A stretch of 64,000 bases of DNA from a virus. A program made the position numbers and the translations under genes. Below the pieces are notes generated by a model. It saw only the letters and a program-made list of their open reading frames with translations, was not told where the DNA came from and did not search any database. The stretch lies in the IMG/VR virus record IMGVR_UViG_3300035676_000002, positions 1 to 64,000 of that record; one strand, given 5' to 3'. Below, piece by piece: positions 1 through 8,263 of this stretch (positions within the stretch are counted from its first letter, which is position 1; every line of letters starts with the position of its first letter).

Positions 1-142
1 GGTATTACGGCGAGGGGGGAGGGGGAAGCGGGGGGAGCGGTGGGGAGCGAGCGAGCGCCAGCGGGGAACGGCAGATTGAGCGCCACTTAATTTGAACGGC
101 AGAACTAGAGCGGAGCGGAGCGCCGGAAGGTGCACAAACGAA

Positions 143-173
143 AGCGGCAGCGGGAACCTTCCCCGCTGCCGCT
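143..173 (-). terminator. Intrinsic terminator of the leftmost minus-strand operon
   Basis: Hairpin AGCGGCAGCGGG / CCCGCTGCCGCT followed on the minus strand by TTTCGTTT, just after the stop at 201. Confidence 0.55.
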
Positions 174-200
174 CCGCTCCCGCTGGCGCTTCGCTTCCGC

Positions 201-638
201 TCACGCTTTGGGGAAGGGATTATTCCATGCCAGCAAGTGTGAAGCGCAAAGGTGCACGCTCAACCCGTAAGCGTGAGCGAGCGCAATTGAGAGCGAGCGG
301 AGCGCTTCGCTTTTGTTGCTTGTGCAATCGCAAGCCACTTCCCAAGCCCAAAGCCAGAACCTTACCACTTCAGCGGGGAGCGGCACGCTTCCCGTGGCTT
401 CCCCCAAAGCGGCAATCTCAAGCGCTCCCAAGCCAGCAAGCGGCACGCTCCCCGCTTCCGCTTTCGCTTGCACCACTTCCCGATTGAAGCGCTCCCCATT
501 GCACACTTCGCAAAGGTAAATCAGATTGCGAGCGCTCCCCTTTGCGCTCCCGCTGGAGCGCTTCACCATTGCACAGCAAACCGCTTCCGCTTGGTGACAC
601 TTGCCACACTTCCTAGGTTTGAACGTTCCCGCTTTCAT
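201..638 (-). CDS. Zn-ribbon protein (CxxC...CxxC), 145 aa
   Basis: Start moved to ATG 638 behind RBS GAAGGGA; motif CGKCHQAEAVCC...IYLCEVC. Confidence 0.7.
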   Translation of the reverse strand: MKAGTFKPRKCGKCHQAEAVCCAMVKRSSGSAKGSARNLIYLCEVCNGERFNREVVQAKAEAGSVPLAGLGALEIAALGEATGSVPLPAEVVRFWLWAWEVACDCTSNKSEALRSLSIALAHAYGLSVHLCASHLLAWNNPFPKA

Positions 639-642
639 TTGC

Positions 643-1449
643 TTAGTCCCTTCCGTACCACTTTGCGAGCGCTTCAATGTAACGCTCTTGCTCGCTTGTT
701 TCGATTGATTGCGAGCAATGATTTGCTCTCACGTATTCAATTGCTTCCCGTGCTTTCATTCCCTTAGTCACCAGAACACAAGCAAGGAAGGTTCCCGTTC
801 TGCCGTGGCTTCCGATGCAACAAACAATCACCTTCCCAGCGGGGAGCATGGAAAGCAAATCAAGCCAGAAGGCAAACCCCACAGCGGGAGCGGCGTGGTC
901 AGTCCAATTGAGCGAAAGCACGGGAACGGGAGCGAAGCAATATTGATTCAGCGCTTCAAAATTGCTCCCCTCAAGTTTGGGAGCGCTCCCCACAAAGCGA
1001 GTCACCGGCGCTTTATAGGTGCCGCTGCAATCAATCACCAAGGAAGCGCCAGCGCTCACCAAGCGCATTGCTGCCGCTCCCGCAATCGTGCCGCTCCCGT
1101 TCTGATTTTCAAAGGTCACAAGCGGAGCGCTCCCGGTATGATTGCAAGCGGGTTTATTGTGCCACGCTTGGGAATAACCGCTTCCCGTTCCCCACACTGC
1201 CGCTGCCGCTTTCTTGTTGGGCTTGTTTTCTCTGAACAAGCGGCAATTGCAATTCTCACACTCCAAATCGTTTACGTGAAACAAGCGCTTGTGTGCACAC
1301 TCGCAAACGCTTTCTAGTTCAATCCCAAAGCTAAACGCCATTGCTTCCGAAAGCGTGGCTTCAGCTTTGCCGCTTGTGGCTTCCGCTTTTGCGTTCTGAG
1401 GGGAGCGCTTCCGCTCCCCTCCCTTCCCCTTGCGCTCCCTTGTTTTCAT
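643..1449 (-). CDS. Dual-specificity/tyrosine phosphatase (PTP fold, CDKN3-like) with N-terminal Cys-rich segment
   Basis: P-loop Cx5R VCCIGSHGRTGT, WPD-like WTDHAAP, Q-loop SIETSEQ. Confidence 0.85.
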   Translation of the reverse strand: MKTRERKGKGGERKRSPQNAKAEATSGKAEATLSEAMAFSFGIELESVCECAHKRLFHVNDLECENCNCRLFRENKPNKKAAAAVWGTGSGYSQAWHNKPACNHTGSAPLVTFENQNGSGTIAGAAAMRLVSAGASLVIDCSGTYKAPVTRFVGSAPKLEGSNFEALNQYCFAPVPVLSLNWTDHAAPAVGFAFWLDLLSMLPAGKVIVCCIGSHGRTGTFLACVLVTKGMKAREAIEYVRANHCSQSIETSEQERYIEALAKWYGRD

Positions 1450-1480
1450 CGCTCCTGCCCCTTCCCAGCGCTTTTAACGC

Positions 1481-3178
1481 TTAGTTCTGAAAGAGAGCGC
1501 AAACGCTCTCTTTAATTTCTTCCACGCTTACGCTGCCGCTTCCCACTTCCACGCTCCACAAAGCGCAATCAACGGGAAGGTAAAGAGCGGCGCTCCCCGC
1601 TTTGCTGGGGAGCGTGGCAAACCCCATTGCTTCCGCTGCCGTGAGCGATGCAATCAACTCGCTTGTCACGGGAAGAGTGGCTTCCTTGTAACCGCTGTGT
1701 CCCTTTGCTGTGGCTTGAATTCTGATTTGACCGCTCCCCTCCAGCGTTCTGATTTGCAGCGTGAGAATTGCCACGGGTTTAATCTCACGCTTGAACACCT
1801 TAAGCGCTCGCTCACGCTCCCACACTTGCTCCGCTTCAGAATCAAGGATTGCGCGCAAAGTGGGAAGCAAGCCCACGATTGTTTTCGCGTTCTGGCTTGC
1901 CGCTTTGTCAAAATTGTCGGTGCTCCCAAACTTTGTGAGAAGCGCTCCCCCATTATGGGAAGTGTGCACGATAGTATTGAGCGCCTTCTTACATTCCCCC
2001 AGCGCTTTGTCTGAAGGCTGGCGCACGTAAGCGGTAATCGCGTTTGTCAAATCAATCACCGCTTTGGTGCAATTCCACCACGCCACTCCACCAAAGCCGG
2101 AACACCACTTGTGGGTAAGGAAGGTTTGCGATGCTTTGCACAAGCGGAGCGTGCTTTGCGGGAAGGTGCACAACGCTTCCTTGTAAACTTGCGAGCGTGA
2201 CAAACCGGAGCGCTTTGCGTGCCGCTCTTCCCCTAAGCACGCTGCCGTTCCCAAGCGGCAAGCCCAATTGAGCGCCACTCCCAAAATGAAAGCGCCGGAA
2301 GGGGAAGCGGGGAGCGTGATTGAGTTATGCAAGGCAAACAAAATCACCTTCAAAGCGCTGTGGAGCGCTTCAGCGTCTACCGTGAGCGGCAATCCCAAAC
2401 CACGCATAACATCCCCGTGGAAGGTGCGGGGAGCGCTCACCTTCAGCGTTTGCCCCACAGCGGGAGTGTAAGTGGTGACAAAGGGAACACCACTTGATTG
2501 AGCATGGATTGCAGCGTGGCTTGTGAGCGAAGCGGTGGGAGCGTAACAAACGCTTCCCTTGGGAAGAGTGGGAACAAGCGCTTCCCACTCCAGCGGGGAG
2601 TAAATTGAAGGGTCAATAATTTTCGTTACCTTCACCGGGGAAGGGACAAAATCGAGCACCGTTTTAACTTCCACGCCTTCCCGCAATTGCACAGCATAAG
2701 TGTGGTCTGCCGTTCCCACAACTTCAATATACGCTGCCGTTCCCTTGTCACCGCTCAAACCCGCTTGATTGCGGGGAAGGTTCCCAAGCTTGCCAGCAAG
2801 GAAAATCTTACGGGTACGCTTCCCCGCTGTGGCACCGTCTGAACCTTCCCCCAGCGCAATCAAGTTATCGCTCACGATAGCAGACCAAGTGGCGCTCACC
2901 GGATGCATAACGCACACTTCCGCTTGTTCATCCGCTGCCGTGGCTTCATTCCACAGCTTCAGCGCTTCCGCTTCGCTCCCGATGCATCGGGAATCAACAA
3001 ACCCGTGTCGGGGAGTTATGGGGCAGGGACGGCAGAAGGGGGACACTTCCCGATTGAGAAATTCCCGCACGTAAAGAATGAGAGCGCCGAAAGTTTGAGC
3101 GATGTAGAAAGTGGGAACCTTCCACGTTGCATCGGAAAGCGCTTGAATTCCCTTTGCCTTCTGTGTTCTCAACTCCAT
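1481..3178 (-). CDS. PPDK/PEP-synthase-like dikinase: ATP-grasp-like N-terminus, phosphohistidine swivel domain, unknown C-terminal domain (565 aa)
   Basis: SLTSHAAIHAQSSGVP matches the PEP-utiliser mobile-domain motif TSHAAI..R..G.P; N-terminal KAKGIQAL..ATWKVP resembles the GGKA..L......VP start of PEP/pyruvate-binding domains; start at ATG 3178 behind GAAGGGA. Confidence 0.7.
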   Translation of the reverse strand: MELRTQKAKGIQALSDATWKVPTFYIAQTFGALILYVREFLNREVSPFCRPCPITPRHGFVDSRCIGSEAEALKLWNEATAADEQAEVCVMHPVSATWSAIVSDNLIALGEGSDGATAGKRTRKIFLAGKLGNLPRNQAGLSGDKGTAAYIEVVGTADHTYAVQLREGVEVKTVLDFVPSPVKVTKIIDPSIYSPLEWEALVPTLPKGSVCYAPTASLTSHAAIHAQSSGVPFVTTYTPAVGQTLKVSAPRTFHGDVMRGLGLPLTVDAEALHSALKVILFALHNSITLPASPSGAFILGVALNWACRLGTAACLGEERHAKRSGLSRSQVYKEALCTFPQSTLRLCKASQTFLTHKWCSGFGGVAWWNCTKAVIDLTNAITAYVRQPSDKALGECKKALNTIVHTSHNGGALLTKFGSTDNFDKAASQNAKTIVGLLPTLRAILDSEAEQVWERERALKVFKREIKPVAILTLQIRTLEGSGQIRIQATAKGHSGYKEATLPVTSELIASLTAAEAMGFATLPSKAGSAALYLPVDCALWSVEVGSGSVSVEEIKESVCALFQN

Positions 3179-3182
3179 TTGC

Positions 3183-3317
3183 TTAGTCCCTTCTGGCTTT
3201 GTTGCGTTTAGGTTCTGAAGCCACTTTTGCCCCTTGTGAGCGCTGGCGCTTTGGTGGGGAGCGGCAGCGGGGAGCGCCGGAAGCGGCAAGCGGCAAGCAA
3301 TGTTCAAACGTCACCAT
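3183..3317 (-). CDS. Small basic hypothetical protein (44 aa)
   Basis: ATG behind AAGGAAG; ends in the same GAAGGGACTAAGCAAATG junction as the phosphatase gene. Confidence 0.4.
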   Translation of the reverse strand: MVTFEHCLPLAASGAPRCRSPPKRQRSQGAKVASEPKRNKARRD

Positions 3318-3988
3318 CGGCGCTTCCTTACCCGTTCCCCTTCCCCTAGGGAAGCGGAAAATTCCCACGCTCCCCGCTGAAGCGCTCTAAGCGCTTGATT
3401 TTGCTCGCTTTTCCGCTCTCAAACTAAATTTTCGCTCCCTTGATTTTGCCACGCTGAAAATCGGTAAAACGATTGATCGAACGCTAAAACAAGCCCAAAC
3501 AAGCGCCGCGGTGGTGATTTTCCCTTGCAATTCTAGCACGTTAGAGCGTGCCCCGTTTTATAACGAAAATTGAAAGTGGCTTTAATTTTGCCACTTCCAG
3601 CGGGAGCGCTCCCCATATTCAAACCCCATTTAATTTTGCGCTCCCCGCTGGCGCTCCCCGCTGGCGCTTCCGGCGCTCCCCGCTGGCGCTCCGCTCCCCA
3701 CTTCCGCTCCGCTCCCCGCTGGGATTAAACCCCACTCAATTCTCACAATTGACAAAGCGCTTTCTCAATGGTAAGAATGGCTTCCCAGCGGGGAAGCGCT
3801 GGGGAGCGTGATTTTGCCCCTTCTAATGAAGGGGAAAGCGTGATTTTCGCGTTATCAGACCTTGCCCCTTAAACGCTCACAATTGCCCCACAAGCCACGC
3901 TGAAAATCGGGAGGGGCAAGGTAAGGGGCAAGGTGCGTTTGCGCTTCCTAGGTCAATTGTGCGATTTTGCCCATATTTTAGGCAAAAG

Positions 3989-4054
3989 TTATCCACAGGC
4001 TTTTCGGTGGGTTATCCACAGGTTTTCCACAGGGGAACCGGGAAGTTATCCACA
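3989..4054 (+). promoter_or_regulatory. Cluster of four co-oriented DnaA boxes
   Basis: TTATCCACA at 3989, 4012, 4046 and TTTTCCACA at 4023, each within GTTWTCCACAGG. Confidence 0.8.
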
Positions 4055-4183
4055 GGCGGTGACGGAATTTGTTAAAGCCCAAAAGGTGACAGATTTTGTC
4101 GCTGAATTTTAAGTGGGGTTTAATCCGGCGCTTCACCGGGAATCTGACACTTTCGCCTTTTCTTCGCCCCCGGTCGCCCACCG

Positions 4184-4236
4184 GCCCCGCCCCCGACCCC
4201 GCCCCCCGGCCCCGCCCCGCCCCTCCCCCCAGCCCC
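4184..4236 (-). repeat. (CCCCG)n tract; G-quadruplex-forming on the minus strand
   Basis: At least eight runs of four or more C separated by 1-2 nt. Confidence 0.75.
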
Positions 4237-4243
4237 TAAGACG

Positions 4244-4368
4244 GGCGGAATCTAAGCAGGGCGGAATCTAGGCAGAATCTCGGCGGAACCTCGGCGCGGC
4301 GGAACCTTGGCAGAACCTCCTCTGTCCTACTGATAAGGCACGCGCTAATCCTAAGCATGGCGGAATCT
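4244..4368 (+). repeat. Iteron-like array, 7 x GGCRGAAYCT
   Basis: Copies at 4244, 4260, 4271, 4282, 4298, 4309, 4359. Confidence 0.85.
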
Positions 4369-5306
4369 CTTCCCTTCCTTTTAACCAATACTTTAATTTC
4401 TTTTGCCCAATTGAATTCATTTTTGTAACATGGTCGTTGTGCAAAAGTGGGTATCCAGCCCGTGAGCAACCCTCATTTTACCCCTGATTTTATTGATAAA
4501 ACCCCTATGGTGTAGTTTTTCGTAGACACTTTTAATTTGATTGATTTTTGTGCTTTTTTGTTTGTTTTATGGCAGAAACGCGCGATTTTCCCCTGATATT
4601 TCGCATATTTAGCTCGTTTTGCCTATTTTTTAGGCACTTTCTTTCCAGCCCCTTTTCCCTATTAGCTCCCCCTCCCCTCCCGCCACTCCCTCATCCTAGC
4701 ACACGCACGCAACAAATGCAAATTCAATCGCCTTATGCCCCGCTTTGTCGCTGTTCATTTGATTTCATCCCCCCGTTTTCCTTTGAAATTCAAGTGTTTT
4801 CTAGCTTTTATGCTGTAAGTAGTTGATATATAAGGCTTTTTTTCGTTTTGCAAGACAACGAAAAACCCAACCCCTTGACGTGTAACAAAATAACACACCC
4901 CTAACCCCGCGAAAACACAAAGGAAAACAAACAAAAAGCCCCCGTAAAAAACAGGACAAAATCGACGGTCCACCTAGAAATGCGCCCACAAACGCCCAAT
5001 GCTTCCCCACCCCGCCCATGCTGTTTCCGGCAGTAATAATCCCGAAACACCCCCCACCCCTCTGCCGTCAAATCGAACCATGAAAACAAAGGGGGGGATA
5101 ACCGCACGAAGAGAGGGGATAAGGGCTTTAGGCAGGGGATAGACTCTTATGCTTAGGGGATCGTTTGTAAGACCCTTTCCCTTTAGCGGGAGCATGAGAG
5201 CCACCCTTTTGCTGAATGATAGGCTTAGGCGACTTCACTAATAGAGCAAGCGGATTGATCGTGCCTTTTTTGCAGACTATGGAAATCCGTTTGCGTTTCA
5301 TGGCGT

Positions 5307-5510
5307 TTAATCCCTATCCCGTTGCCCAATAATGTAAATCTGTTCTCGAAAATCCTCCACCGCTTGACCCACCGCAATCAACTCACGCAACGCTTTCAAT
5401 TCTAGCTCTGAAACCGTAACCGTACAAACCCCAGCCCGATTCCCCCCTAAGTTACGCTCAACCATGTTCGCAAAATCAGATACCACTTTAATTACGTAAG
5501 CATTTTTCAT
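5307..5510 (-). CDS. Hypothetical early protein
   Basis: ATG with AAGGAG RBS; last gene of a contiguous operon. Confidence 0.7.
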   Translation of the reverse strand: MKNAYVIKVVSDFANMVERNLGGNRAGVCTVTVSELELKALRELIAVGQAVEDFREQIYIIGQRDRD

Positions 5511-5521
5511 TTTTTATCTCC

Positions 5522-5821
5522 TTATCGCTCGGGAAGCCATGCCACCACTTCCGCTGTGTTCCGAAGGCACGCCGTAGCTGCCTCAATATAGGCGTAGCGC
5601 GTCGAATCAAGGTGCGGCCAGAGGGACGCTTGATAGAGCAAGTCGGAAGCGCGCATAACGCCATTGACGGCACACATAGGCACACTCCCGGCTAGCTCAC
5701 GAACGCGATTATCATACTCAATAAAAGTGTCCTCCGGTATTGGATCACACTCGCAATGGCTTTCGATATCCTTCGCCAACGCAAGCAATGCCGTCGCTGT
5801 TCGCTCAAGAAACTTTGCCAT
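5522..5821 (-). CDS. Hypothetical early protein
   Basis: ATG with GAAGGGG RBS; operon context. Confidence 0.7.
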   Translation of the reverse strand: MAKFLERTATALLALAKDIESHCECDPIPEDTFIEYDNRVRELAGSVPMCAVNGVMRASDLLYQASLWPHLDSTRYAYIEAATACLRNTAEVVAWLPER

Positions 5822-5839
5822 GTTAACCCCCTTCTAATC

Positions 5840-6199
5840 TCACAACCAGAACGGTTCGATTCCACCGGCAAGGTAATGAATAAACCCCTCCGGCCCCTTC
5901 ATCCACTTGTGGTTAAAATCCTTCTGAGGGAACTTTGACAGCCGCTCAACCTTCTCGCCGTAAATAGTCGGCTCTGCGGTGCCGTCCTTCTCGTCGTATT
6001 GCGGATACCACCTGTCGCCGCAACAAGAACAATCCACGCCGTCGTCACAGCCGTTAAAGTACAGCCCAATGCTTTCGGCCCGTTCGTTTGCTTGCTGTGC
6101 GTTTGCTGCCTCGATAATAACCCAATGCGAAATCCCCCGCTTCTCGTCAAAGTCGAAACTTCCGCCCGTGTTATTCTGGTTAAACTCAAAAAATGCCAT
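5840..6199 (-). CDS. Conserved phage hypothetical protein (QNNxGG / DCxCCGDRW family)
   Basis: Motifs FNQNNTGGSF and GLYFNG...DCSCCGDRW that I recognise from many phage early regions. Confidence 0.8.
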   Translation of the reverse strand: MAFFEFNQNNTGGSFDFDEKRGISHWVIIEAANAQQANERAESIGLYFNGCDDGVDCSCCGDRWYPQYDEKDGTAEPTIYGEKVERLSKFPQKDFNHKWMKGPEGFIHYLAGGIEPFWL

Positions 6200-6231
6200 A
6201 ACGAAACTCCTTTCCGCAAATTAAGGCTCCC

Positions 6232-6564
6232 TTAATCGGGAGCCACCCGCCCCGCCGTCTTTCGCAGGGCTTCGTTGATAACCTTCCACTGGTCGTCAGT
6301 CAGATTCGCGGCGTCAATGTTCCCGTTGCACAACGTCTGCAACATCGCCATTGCCACGATACGGGACGCACGCCGAACCATCCAGTAATCGGTGTCGGAC
6401 ACGTCGGCATCATTGCACGCCTTCGGAGAAGTGTCGCGCCCGAATTCCTTGAGCACCGTTTCGTAAGTTTCATACGGTTCCCACACTTCGGATTTGGGAT
6501 TGCGAACCGTCGCCGGATCAACAAGCATCCCCTCTTTAACCGTCAACTCTTCGATTCGTGCCAT
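6232..6564 (-). CDS. Hypothetical early protein (110 aa)
   Basis: Start moved to ATG 6564 behind GAAAGGGG, downstream of promoter 6590-6618. Confidence 0.7.
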   Translation of the reverse strand: MARIEELTVKEGMLVDPATVRNPKSEVWEPYETYETVLKEFGRDTSPKACNDADVSDTDYWMVRRASRIVAMAMLQTLCNGNIDAANLTDDQWKVINEALRKTAGRVAPD

Positions 6565-6589
6565 GTGCGTTTCCCCTTTCGTTGAACAG

Positions 6590-6618
6590 AGTCTAACAAA
6601 CCAAAAAGGAAAAGTCAA
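6590..6618 (-). promoter_or_regulatory. sigma70-type promoter
   Basis: TTGACT-N17-TAGACT with extended -10 TG. Confidence 0.75.
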
Positions 6619-6626
6619 GAAAAAAA

Positions 6627-6953
6627 TCAGCTTTCGACACAAATGTAGTAATCAATGTCGAAGCGGTCGCAGTAGCCGTAAGGATCATTCCCCCGCCAGC
6701 CGTAGCCGGTCGTGACAACGCCCCGCCCGTGCGTTACGATAGTCGCGGCAGGGTAATAGGTGAAGTCCACCCCGTCAAGGCGCAGCGAAACCTCTTCGTC
6801 GGAATACTCGCAACGGCTAATCAGCGTTGCCGTGCGTCCCTTCCCCCCGTGGTTTGTGATGATGCCACCAACCGGAGCAAACGTGTGCCGCTCCTGTGCC
6901 GGAATGTCACTCAGATACTCGTTGCGTGCCTTGAAAGCCCCTTGCCATTCCAT
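6627..6953 (-). CDS. Hypothetical early protein
   Basis: ATG behind AAAGGGG; own promoter. Confidence 0.7.
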   Translation of the reverse strand: MEWQGAFKARNEYLSDIPAQERHTFAPVGGIITNHGGKGRTATLISRCEYSDEEVSLRLDGVDFTYYPAATIVTHGRGVVTTGYGWRGNDPYGYCDRFDIDYYICVES

Positions 6954-6992
6954 TTGCGTTCCCCTTTCTGGTTTCTTGCTGCCGTTGAAAAG

Positions 6993-7021
6993 AGTTTAAC
7001 AAATGGAAATGGATAAGTCAA
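6993..7021 (-). promoter_or_regulatory. sigma70-type promoter
   Basis: TTGACT-N17-TAAACT with extended TG. Confidence 0.75.
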
Positions 7022-7383
7022 GGGGAATCTTTCAAAATTTCTTCCAGCGCAAAAAAAAGTTGCTGGCGTGTCTCGTAGGCTTCTGCCGGTTCCCATTGGC
7101 AATAGGCAAGAAACTGTTCTAACGAATCTCTTGCGAGAAGAAGCCACAACTTAGCCCCGTCTTTATTCCCCTGCTGATAATTCCACCGTGCTTGACTGAG
7201 CGAATAAAGCGCACTCGTATCCAGCCTGTTACAAATGGCTTCATCTTCGGCATCGTGATATACACCGGGACGATAGGACAGGGAGCATCCGAAGAAGCCC
7301 CCCGCCACTATCGCCACCGCACATACGTTACGGAAGCTTCGCCGTAACCGTAAGCCCGTCCTTCTTAGCGAACATCGGGACAT
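7018..7383 (-). CDS. Hypothetical protein, possible lipoprotein (true start probably near 7325)
   Basis: Hydrophobic VCAVAIVAGGFFGC segment. Confidence 0.5.
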   Translation of the reverse strand: MSRCSLRRTGLRLRRSFRNVCAVAIVAGGFFGCSLSYRPGVYHDAEDEAICNRLDTSALYSLSQARWNYQQGNKDGAKLWLLLARDSLEQFLAYCQWEPAEAYETRQQLFFALEEILKDSP

Positions 7384-7546
7384 AAACGTTAATAACCTCC
7401 AAGCCTGTTACCTTCTCGAAATCACGCACGGCGTTTGTCAAAGTAATTTCTAAGGTTCGCTTTCGAGAACGAACCTCTTCCACCGTAGGCGACTTCGGCG
7501 CGGGATTGATAGTCACGTAATTTTTCTCTTCGGGAAACATAAGCAT
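7328..7546 (-). CDS. Hypothetical early protein
   Basis: ATG behind AAGGAGG. Confidence 0.6.
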   Translation of the reverse strand: MLMFPEEKNYVTINPAPKSPTVEEVRSRKRTLEITLTNAVRDFEKVTGLEVINVYVPMFAKKDGLTVTAKLP

Positions 7547-7553
7547 CCTCCTT

Positions 7554-7787
7554 TTATCCCTTGCACAATCCGGTCGGACCAATAATGGCACCGATCACCA
7601 TTAGCTTTTGAATAATCGCCAACCGCAAATCGGTGTCAGTCAAGCCCCGTGCGGTCGTTTGCTGCATCTGGTCAAGGCTCATCCTTTGCTGACCGCTGCA
7701 CGCAAAACAAGTGCCGCCCCAATGCCTCAAATGCCTTGCGGCGTGCTCCCTCTGGCACTTCGGACACGTCGCCGTCGCGGTTCCCAT
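7554..7787 (-). CDS. Zn-ribbon protein
   Basis: CPKC...CFAC. Confidence 0.65.
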   Translation of the reverse strand: MGTATATCPKCQREHAARHLRHWGGTCFACSGQQRMSLDQMQQTTARGLTDTDLRLAIIQKLMVIGAIIGPTGLCKG

Positions 7788-7799
7788 ATTATCACCCCT

Positions 7800-8054
7800 T
7801 TAATTCTGCTTGACGGTCGGACAGGATTGCGGAATTACAAAGGCTTCAAACAAAATCCCCAAACCGGCAAGCGGCCTATTCTGTAGGGCATACACGAACG
7901 AACGATTTGCAAACCCAATAGGAATAGCCTTCCCATAAATTTCTGCAAATAGATCACCCTTGTATTCGCCCCAACTGTCGCCGCACTCACACTCAACCGT
8001 TTCCGGCTTTAGTCGGCGTACATCGTGGCACGTCGGACAAAAAATAAGTTTCAT
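7800..8054 (-). CDS. Conserved phage Zn-ribbon protein
   Basis: MKLIFCPTCHDV...CECGDSWG. Confidence 0.75.
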   Translation of the reverse strand: MKLIFCPTCHDVRRLKPETVECECGDSWGEYKGDLFAEIYGKAIPIGFANRSFVYALQNRPLAGLGILFEAFVIPQSCPTVKQN

Positions 8055-8257
8055 GGTTTCCGCTCCTTCCAGTTAGCCCAATGCTCCTTAAAGCGTGTCG
8101 GAGTCGCATTGAAATTCCGTTCGTGATAAAAGGCGGCACAATCCGCACACGTATAAATAAACCCCTTCCGCTTTCCATTCGGCTTGACGTGTGCCGGAAC
8201 ACAGCAAATGGCTTCCGCGTCGTGGCACCGTCCGCAAATGTTCGTTTCGTGTTTCAT
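8051..8257 (-). CDS. Zn-ribbon protein, paralogous to 201-638; probably leaderless
   Basis: CGRCHDAEAICC...IYTCADC; ATG 6 nt after the -10 box. Confidence 0.7.
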   Translation of the reverse strand: MKHETNICGRCHDAEAICCVPAHVKPNGKRKGFIYTCADCAAFYHERNFNATPTRFKEHWANWKERKP

Positions 8258-8263
8258 GGGGGA

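Noticed and set aside
4244-4368. CRISPR array
   Set aside because: Repeats are 10 bp with 1-6 bp gaps; no spacers of CRISPR size and no cas genes
3548-5204. Short ORFs in the junction region
   Set aside because: Low-complexity translations of repeats and homopolymer tracts with no RBS
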